Assembly (NCBI GenBank): GCA_963674695.2
Contig: CAXXGI010000003.1
Span: 800,001-864,000 of the forward strand
Length of the DNA stretch: 64,000 bases
Direction: 5' to 3'
Source: a bacterium
GTDB taxonomy: Bacteria; UBA10199; 2-02-FULL-44-16; JAAZCA01
The notes below the pieces were generated by a model that made no database searches, had not been told where the DNA came from, and saw only the letters and a program-made list of their open reading frames with translations. This document shows positions 56,926 to 64,000 of the stretch, piece by piece. A program made the translations under genes and the position numbers. The number at the start of each line of letters is the position of its first letter. The stretch's first letter is position 1.

Positions 56926-57542
56926 GGCTTCAGTACCTCCTGCACCCGCTCGAGCGCCGCAACCGTCATCACCGTATGTTCGTAGCGCATCATGTCATAA
57001 ACATTGAGACCTTCGCTGCGAACCAGTTTTACGTTCGAAAGATTACGCACCGACTTCATCAACTTCTCATCCTGTCCATCCACAACGATCAAGACGCTGC
57101 GAACCCCAAGATTCTTGAGCGTTTCTGCGACCACCTTCGTCTTGATCTCCTGAGGTGATATCGAATCGACGATCAGCAGCTGTCCTTCCTGCTGCTTCAG
57201 CGCCAGCGCTGCTCGCAGACCGCCCTTCCGCGCTTTCCGCGGAATGCGATACTCATAGCTGCGGGGATGCGGACCGAATGCTTTTCCACCACCCACGAAT
57301 ATGTTTGCCCGTTCATCGCCATGGCGCGCACGACCGGTACCCTTCTGCCGATACATCTTCGCCGTCGTTCCGCTCACATCCGTGCGGGTACGCGTCGCTG
57401 CCGTCCCCTTCCTGCGGTTGGCGAGCTGCATCGTCACCACCTCATGGATGAGAGCGATGTTTGGTTTCTGGCCGAAGATCTCATCAGCAAGTTCCACCTC
57501 ACTGATCGGCTTCTTTGATGTATCGATGACCGTTCCCTTCAC
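56922..57542 (-). CDS. rplD: 50S ribosomal protein L4
   Basis: RQKGTGRARHG and GGG.AFGP.PR motifs. Confidence 0.97.
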   Translation of the reverse strand: MKGTVIDTSKKPISEVELADEIFGQKPNIALIHEVVTMQLANRRKGTAATRTRTDVSGTTAKMYRQKGTGRARHGDERANIFVGGGKAFGPHPRSYEYRIPRKARKGGLRAALALKQQEGQLLIVDSISPQEIKTKVVAETLKNLGVRSVLIVVDGQDEKLMKSVRNLSNVKLVRSEGLNVYDMMRYEHTVMTVAALERVQEVLKP

Positions 57543-57545
57543 AGG

Positions 57546-58316
57546 TCACTCCTTGTCCGTCGTCTTGGCGGGTGCCTCCGCAGTGGCGGCATCCTCCTCA
57601 ACATTCTGTGTCTCATCCACCTTCTTCGACTCAACCTGCTCATCGGCAGCTTTGTTTTCCGCGATGCGCTTCAGTTCCGGACGCGCCTCGAATTCCACAT
57701 CGACCGGCGTGACCACAACCAGACCTTCACGCGCGCCGGGAATGCCGCCCCTGACGAGCAGAATATTATCTTCGGGCCGGATAGCGACGACTTCCAGATT
57801 GCGGATGGTCACATTATCACAACCCATATGCCCCGGGAGCCTCGTATTCTTGAAGACGCGCGACGGCCAGGTACGCATGCCAATCGATCCGGGACGACGA
57901 TGAAAGTTCGAGCCATGGGATGCGGGGCCACCGTGTTTTCCATGTCGCTTCATCACGCCCTGAAACCCGCGACCCTTCGTCACACCGGTGACATGTACGA
58001 TATCGCCCGCCTTGAATCCCGTGACCAAAAGTTCTTCGCCAACGGAATAGTCAGCCGCGCGATCCGTTCGAAACTCACGCAGATGCGTATAAAGCGGAAG
58101 GGAATTCTTCTCCAGATGCCCACGCTGCGCCTTGGTGAGTTTCTTCGGCGTTGTCACGCCAAATCCGAGCTGAACGGCGTTATAACCGTCGCTCTTGCCC
58201 GTTTTGCACTGCGTAACCGTGCAAGGACCAAGTTCGACAACGGTGACCGGGATCCGCTCGCCGCCATCGACGAAGATCTGAGTCATCCCTTTCTTTTTAC
58301 CCAGCAAACCTAGCAT
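57546..58316 (-). CDS. rplC: 50S ribosomal protein L3 with an acidic C-terminal extension
   Basis: GKK.GMTQIF, DGY.AVQLGF, KGRGFQGV.KR and HRRPGSIG motifs. Confidence 0.97.
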   Translation of the reverse strand: MLGLLGKKKGMTQIFVDGGERIPVTVVELGPCTVTQCKTGKSDGYNAVQLGFGVTTPKKLTKAQRGHLEKNSLPLYTHLREFRTDRAADYSVGEELLVTGFKAGDIVHVTGVTKGRGFQGVMKRHGKHGGPASHGSNFHRRPGSIGMRTWPSRVFKNTRLPGHMGCDNVTIRNLEVVAIRPEDNILLVRGGIPGAREGLVVVTPVDVEFEARPELKRIAENKAADEQVESKKVDETQNVEEDAATAEAPAKTTDKE

Positions 58317-58376
58317 GAATCACCTCTACGTCTTCTTTCAGTGAAAGATATCCATCACCCACCGAATGACGATGCA

Positions 58377-58703
58377 TCAGATCATTTTGATCTCGACATC
58401 CACGCCGGCAGAGAGCTCAAGTTTCATGAGCGCATCGACCGTCTGCTGCGTTGGCTCGAGAATGTCGATGAGGCGCTTGTGCGTCCGAATCTCAAACTGC
58501 TCCTGCGAGCGTTTATCGACATGCGGACTGCGCAATACGCAGTATTTCTCAATCTTCGTCGGCAACGGAATCGGACCCGCTAGATGCGCTCCGGTGCGCT
58601 GCACCGTTCCCGTGATCTCTGCCGCCGACTGATCGAGCAGCTTGTGATCATAGGCCTTGAGCCGAATCCGAATTTTTTGTCCCTTGTCATATTGCGTCGC
58701 CAT
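58377..58703 (-). CDS. rpsJ: 30S ribosomal protein S10
   Basis: [17 protein letters not shown] and [11 protein letters not shown] motifs. Confidence 0.98.
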   Translation of the reverse strand: MATQYDKGQKIRIRLKAYDHKLLDQSAAEITGTVQRTGAHLAGPIPLPTKIEKYCVLRSPHVDKRSQEQFEIRTHKRLIDILEPTQQTVDALMKLELSAGVDVEIKMI

Positions 58704-58743
58704 AGCACCCTCGTATTGAGACGGCCAACTCCGTTGTATATCT

Positions 58744-59934
58744 TTACTCGACGACTTCGGTCACAACGCCGGCACCCACCGTGCGGCCACCTTCACGAAC
58801 CGCGAACCGAAGTTCCTTCTCCATCGCGATCGGCGTGATCAGCTCGATCTCCGCCGTCACGTTGTCGCCCGGCATCACCATCTCGACGTTCTCAGGCAAC
58901 TTCAGAATGCCCGTCACGTCCGTCGTCCGGAAATAAAACTGCGGACGATATCCCTTGAAAAATGGCGTGTGTCGTCCACCCTCTTCCTTCGTCAACACGT
59001 AGACCTCAGCCTTGAACTTCTTGTGCGGAAGAATCGAACCCGGAACTGCGACCACCTGCCCGCGCTCCACATCCTCACGCTTCGTGCCACGAAGCAAGAG
59101 CCCCACGTTGTCGCCCGCGCGACCTTCATCCAGAATCTTCCGGAACATCTCCACGCCCGTCACGACCGTCTTCTGCGTATCCTTCAGACCGATGATCTCC
59201 ATTTCCTGGCCCGTCTTGATGATGCCGCGCTCCACACGACCGGTCACCACCGTGCCGCGACCGGAGATGCTGAAGACGTCTTCGATCGGCATCAGGAACG
59301 GCTTGTCGATCGGACGCTCCGGCTCCGGAATGTATTCGTCGACTGCATCCAGCAACTTCTGGATCGACTCAAATCCCTGCTCGCCGGCATCGCCGTTCAT
59401 CGCCTTGAGCGCCGAACCGCGAATGATGGGAATATCGTCACCCGGATACTCGTACCGGGAGAGCAGCTCGCGAACTTCCAACTCCACCAGGTCAAGCAGT
59501 TCCGGATCGTCGACCTGATCCACCTTGTTCATATAGACCACGATCCGAGGAACGCCGACCTGGCGCGCCAACAGGATGTGCTCGCGCGTCTGCGGCATCG
59601 GACCATCCGCTGCGGAAACCACCAGGATCGCGCCGTCCATCTGCGCGGCTCCCGTGATCATATTCTTCACGTAGTCAGCATGGCCCGGACAATCCACGTG
59701 TGCATAGTGACGCTTGTCCGTCTCATACTCGACGTGCGCCGTCGCAATCGTGATGCCGCGCTCCTTCTCTTCAGGCGCCTTGTCGATCTGGTCGAAATCC
59801 ATCTTCTCGGCCTGACCCTTGCTCGCCTGATACATGGTCATCGCACTGGTCAACGTCGTCTTGCCGTGATCCACGTGACCGATGGTTCCCACGTTTACGT
59901 GCGGCTTTGTCCGTTCAAATTTCGCTTTCGCCAT
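58744..59934 (-). CDS. tuf: Elongation factor Tu
   Basis: [22 protein letters not shown] and NKVD motifs. Confidence 0.99.
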   Translation of the reverse strand: MAKAKFERTKPHVNVGTIGHVDHGKTTLTSAMTMYQASKGQAEKMDFDQIDKAPEEKERGITIATAHVEYETDKRHYAHVDCPGHADYVKNMITGAAQMDGAILVVSAADGPMPQTREHILLARQVGVPRIVVYMNKVDQVDDPELLDLVELEVRELLSRYEYPGDDIPIIRGSALKAMNGDAGEQGFESIQKLLDAVDEYIPEPERPIDKPFLMPIEDVFSISGRGTVVTGRVERGIIKTGQEMEIIGLKDTQKTVVTGVEMFRKILDEGRAGDNVGLLLRGTKREDVERGQVVAVPGSILPHKKFKAEVYVLTKEEGGRHTPFFKGYRPQFYFRTTDVTGILKLPENVEMVMPGDNVTAEIELITPIAMEKELRFAVREGGRTVGAGVVTEVVE

Positions 59935-59951
59935 GGCCTGCCTCCCCTGAG

Positions 59952-60061
59952 TACAGTTGAAAGTTTTGAATACAGTTGAACGTTTAATGTTGAAAGTTGA
60001 AAGGAAAACCAAGACCCTTCAACCGCTCTTCTTTCAACTTTGAACTGAGAACTTTTAACTG
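59952..60061. repeat. AT-rich degenerate heptamer hairpin (AGTTGAA-type units and inverted TTCAACT) in the fusA-tuf spacer
   Basis: CAGTTGAAAG..CAGTTGAACG..GTTGAAAGTTGAAAG ... CTTTCAACTTTGAACTGAGAACTTTTAACTG. Confidence 0.75.
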
Positions 60062-60064
60062 TCG

Positions 60065-62152
60065 TTACCTTCCTTGCGCCTTTCCGATAATCTCTTCGGC
60101 AAGATTCTTCGGAACAGGATCGTAGTGCGAAAACTGCATGGTATAGGTAGCGCGCCCTTGGGTCGCGCTGCGCAAATCGGTGGAGTATCCAAACATCTTT
60201 GCCAGCGGGACCGTCGCGCCGAGAACCTGCGTTCCAGAGCGAATCTCACTGCTGAGGATGCGACCCCGTCGTGAAGTCAGATCGCCCGTCACCGCACCGA
60301 TATATTCTTCGGGGACAACGACCTCGACACCCATAACCGGCTCGAGCAAAACGGGGTTCGCCTTGCGTGCCCCATCCTTGACGCCCATTGAAGCACAGAT
60401 CTTGAACGCCATATCTGACGAATCGACCTCGTGATAGGACCCATCGAAAACGGTCACCTGCACATCCACGAGGGGAAACCCTGCCAACACACCCGAATCC
60501 ATCGCCTCTTTGGCACCCTTTTCGATTGCTCCGATATACTCACGCGGGATACGTCCGCCAGTAACTTCGTCTTTAAATTCAAATCCAGTTCCACGCTCGA
60601 CCGGCTGAATGCGCAACCAACAATGAGCATACTGCCCATGACCGCCCGTCTGCTTGACGTATTTTGATTCCACTTCCACCATCTTGGTCACGGACTCGCG
60701 GTAGGCCACCTGAGGTTTTCCGACGTTAGCGGAGACACCAAACTCGCGCATCATGCGATCGACGATGATCTCGAGATGAAGCTCGCCCATTCCGGAGATG
60801 ACCGTCTGACCTGTTTCATGATCGACCCGCACCTTAAACGAGGGGTCCTCGCGCATCAGCTTCTGCAGCGACATGCCGAGCTTTTCCTCATCGCCCCGCG
60901 ACTTCGGCTCGATGGCAATGGAAATCACCGGCTCCGGAAACTCCATCGTCTCGAGCAGGATGGGGTGTTTCTGATCGCAGAGCGTCTCGCCGGTTCGCGA
61001 ATTATTCAGCCCCACGGCGGCAATGATATCACCAGCCACCGCCTTGTTCACTTCTTCACGCTTGCTCGAATGCATGCGCAACAACCGTCCAATGCGCTCG
61101 CGCTTTCCCGTTGCAGAGTTGTAGACCGTCTTGCCGCACTCGAGCGTACCGGAATAGACTCGAAAATAGGTGAGCTGCCCCACATACGGGTCACTCATGA
61201 TCTTGAACGCGAGTGCTGCAAACGGCTCATCCGGATCGGGTCGACGCGTCAGTTCTTTCTCAAGATCGTCCGGATCCACGCCCTTGACCGGCGGCACATC
61301 CATCGGAGAAGGCAGAAAATCGATCACCGCATCCAGCACCTGCTGCACACCCTTATTCTTGAACGCGGAGCCGGCAAAGACCGGAACAATTTTCATCTGC
61401 AGCGTCGACATGCGCGCCGCACGAATAATTTCCTCTTCAGAAAGATCGTGGCTCTCCAGGTATCGATGAAGCAGGTCATCGTCGACCTCTACGACCGCTT
61501 CAATGAGCTGTTCCCGAAGTGCCTCCACCTCCGCCTGCATATCCTCAGGAACGGCTTCCTCGGTGACGACAGCCCCCTTGCTCTCTTCGTCATAGCGATA
61601 CGCTTTCCGACGGATGATATCGACCACACCATCGAAGTGATCCTCAGCCCCGATAGGAAGCTGGAACGGAATGGCGTTCGCCTTCAGCCGATCCCGCATC
61701 ATGGCAACGCACCGACGAAAATCAGCGCCGACGCGATCCATCTTATTCACGAATGCAAGTTTGGGCACACCGTAGTGATTTGCTTGGCGCCACACCGTCT
61801 CCGACTGCGGCTCCACCCCAGCGACGGCATCGAAGACGCCGACCGCTCCATCGAGGACGCGGAGACTGCGCTCCACCTCGACGGTGAAATCCACATGCCC
61901 CGGCGTATCGATGATATTGATATCGTAGTCACGCCAGCTGCACGTCGTCGCTGCAGACGTGATGGTGATGCCGCGTTCCTGCTCCTGCTCCATCCAGTCC
62001 ATCACCGCGGTGCCATCATGCACTTCACCGATCTTATAGGTCATCCCCGTGTAAAACAGAATGCGCTCGCTCACCGTCGTCTTGCCTGCATCGATGTGGG
62101 CAATGATTCCGATATTACGGAGCCGATCGAGTTGTTTTGTCTTCTGTGCCAT
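60065..62152 (-). CDS. fusA: Elongation factor G
   Basis: [27 protein letters not shown] and GMGELHLEI motifs. Confidence 0.99.
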   Translation of the reverse strand: MAQKTKQLDRLRNIGIIAHIDAGKTTVSERILFYTGMTYKIGEVHDGTAVMDWMEQEQERGITITSAATTCSWRDYDINIIDTPGHVDFTVEVERSLRVLDGAVGVFDAVAGVEPQSETVWRQANHYGVPKLAFVNKMDRVGADFRRCVAMMRDRLKANAIPFQLPIGAEDHFDGVVDIIRRKAYRYDEESKGAVVTEEAVPEDMQAEVEALREQLIEAVVEVDDDLLHRYLESHDLSEEEIIRAARMSTLQMKIVPVFAGSAFKNKGVQQVLDAVIDFLPSPMDVPPVKGVDPDDLEKELTRRPDPDEPFAALAFKIMSDPYVGQLTYFRVYSGTLECGKTVYNSATGKRERIGRLLRMHSSKREEVNKAVAGDIIAAVGLNNSRTGETLCDQKHPILLETMEFPEPVISIAIEPKSRGDEEKLGMSLQKLMREDPSFKVRVDHETGQTVISGMGELHLEIIVDRMMREFGVSANVGKPQVAYRESVTKMVEVESKYVKQTGGHGQYAHCWLRIQPVERGTGFEFKDEVTGGRIPREYIGAIEKGAKEAMDSGVLAGFPLVDVQVTVFDGSYHEVDSSDMAFKICASMGVKDGARKANPVLLEPVMGVEVVVPEEYIGAVTGDLTSRRGRILSSEIRSGTQVLGATVPLAKMFGYSTDLRSATQGRATYTMQFSHYDPVPKNLAEEIIGKAQGR

Positions 62153-62257
62153 TATCTTCTCACGCTTTGGAGGTCGTTTTCGACCTCCCCTTTCACCTCA
62201 TACCATGCTGTCAAAGAACAGCTTGGCCGGTGTGGGACAAAGTGCCATCACCGAGAC

Positions 62258-62731
62258 CTACCACTTATAATGAGCAAAGGCCTTGTTCGCCTCCGCCATA
62301 CGATGCGTATCTTCGCGTTTCTTGATCGCCGATCCACGGTCCTCGAAGGCATCGAGCACCTCAGCCGCAAGGCGTTCGCGCATCGTGCGCTCACCGCGGG
62401 CACGAGAGGCAGCGATCAACCAGCGGAAACCCAACGCCACACGGCGATCATGGCGCACTTCGACCGGAACCTGATAGGTCGCACCACCGACGCGACGACT
62501 GCGTACCTCGATCATCGGCTTAATCTTCTCCAGCGCACCACGGAAGATCTTGACGGGCTCATCATTCTTCTTTTCCTTGAGCACGTCGAGCGCACCGTAA
62601 ACAATGCGCTCGGCCGTCGACTTCTTGCCGCCCATCATAATGCTGTTGATGAACTTCGAAATAAGCTCATCCCCATAGATGGGATCCGGCAGAACTTTCC
62701 GCTTCAGGCTTCCTCTTTTTTTGCGTGGCAT
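62258..62731 (-). CDS. rpsG: 30S ribosomal protein S7
   Basis: [15 protein letters not shown] and [10 protein letters not shown] motifs. Confidence 0.98.
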   Translation of the reverse strand: MPRKKRGSLKRKVLPDPIYGDELISKFINSIMMGGKKSTAERIVYGALDVLKEKKNDEPVKIFRGALEKIKPMIEVRSRRVGGATYQVPVEVRHDRRVALGFRWLIAASRARGERTMRERLAAEVLDAFEDRGSAIKKREDTHRMAEANKAFAHYKW

Positions 62732-62790
62732 CGATAACTCCGTAACTCGTGACCTGTGACTCGCAGCACCCTATCGAGCAACACATCGGT

Positions 62791-63162
62791 TTACTTGGGC
62801 TTCTTCGTTCCATACTTCGAGCGACTCTGACGGCGATTTTCCACGCCGGTCGAATCGAGCGTACCGCGCACGATGTGATAGCGCACACCCGGCAAATCCT
62901 TCACACGACCGCCACGTACCATCACCACCGAGTGCTCCTGCAAATTATGGCCCTCGCCCGGGATGTAGGAAGTCACTTCGATCCCGTTGGTGAGACGAAC
63001 GCGTGCCACCTTGCGCAAGGCCGAGTTCGGTTTCTTCGGCGTCGTCGTATAGACGCGCACACAGACGCCGCGCCGCTGCGGACAACGCATCAGCGCCGGA
63101 GACGCCGTACGCGACTTGATCTGTTTGCGACCCATGCGAACCAGCTGGTTGATCGTCGGCAT
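62791..63162 (-). CDS. rpsL: 30S ribosomal protein S12
   Basis: [20 protein letters not shown] and [11 protein letters not shown] motifs. Confidence 0.99.
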   Translation of the reverse strand: MPTINQLVRMGRKQIKSRTASPALMRCPQRRGVCVRVYTTTPKKPNSALRKVARVRLTNGIEVTSYIPGEGHNLQEHSVVMVRGGRVKDLPGVRYHIVRGTLDSTGVENRRQSRSKYGTKKPK

Positions 63163-63358
63163 AATCTCCCACCTTACGTCTTTTTCAGGCGACGCGAGCC
63201 TATCAAAAAGTCCTACAATTACAGGATGTTGTACGTCTTTTCTGCGGTTCCCTGTCTCAGGGCGGCGAAACCTAACAAAGCACCCCATCGAAGTCAAGGC
63301 GTTTCAAGCGTTTTTTGAGAGAGAAACACCTCTGAGCGCCATATGAAGCGGATGAGAG

Positions 63359-63398
63359 AAAAAACCCCAATAACCATTTAAGATTATTGGGGTTTTTG
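63359..63398 (-). terminator. Intrinsic terminator after rpoC (bidirectional shape)
   Basis: AAAAAACCCCAATAA-loop-TTATTGGGGTTTTT. Confidence 0.85.
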
Positions 63399-63413
63399 AG
63401 ATATCTCCAGGGC

Positions 63414-64000
<587 letters not shown>

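Noticed and set aside
60776-62737. 653-aa + strand ORF
   Set aside because: Antisense shadow of fusA and rpsG.

Overview
Chromosomal window from a GC-rich bacterium; the ribosomal proteins and gene order suggest a deltaproteobacteria-like lineage (inference). The right third (42.6-64 kb, minus strand) is the contiguous rpoC(3')-str-S10-spc-alpha ribosomal superoperon. The left two thirds contain: purine/MTA salvage genes (mtnP, PfkB kinase); rlmN; a phosphate/organophosphate cluster (PhnD-like binding domain fused to a membrane-anchored sigma54-type activator, G1P dehydrogenase, HAD, UhpC/GlpT-type antiporter with a sigma54 promoter, Na/Pi cotransporter, signal-peptide-bearing PPase, PhoB/PhoR); folate-type histidine utilisation genes (hutU, hutI, ftcd) split by an accessory region (hicAB, OLD nuclease, GNAT pseudogene); tRNA-Ala; and several large orphan proteins. 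Two candidate undescribed systems stand out. (1) Dispersed orphan or enzyme-derived proteins carry acidic Gly/Ala-rich terminal peptides, and three of their transcription units share an exactly spaced sigma28-like promoter (CGCAACYTTT-N10-NNCGATAW), suggesting a co-regulated set of exported effectors. (2) A single-polypeptide organophosphate sensor-activator appears to control a sugar/glycerol-phosphate uptake and G1P locus. Intergenic DNA holds several families of palindromic and heptamer repeats. All family calls come from motif recognition by eye; no searches were run.
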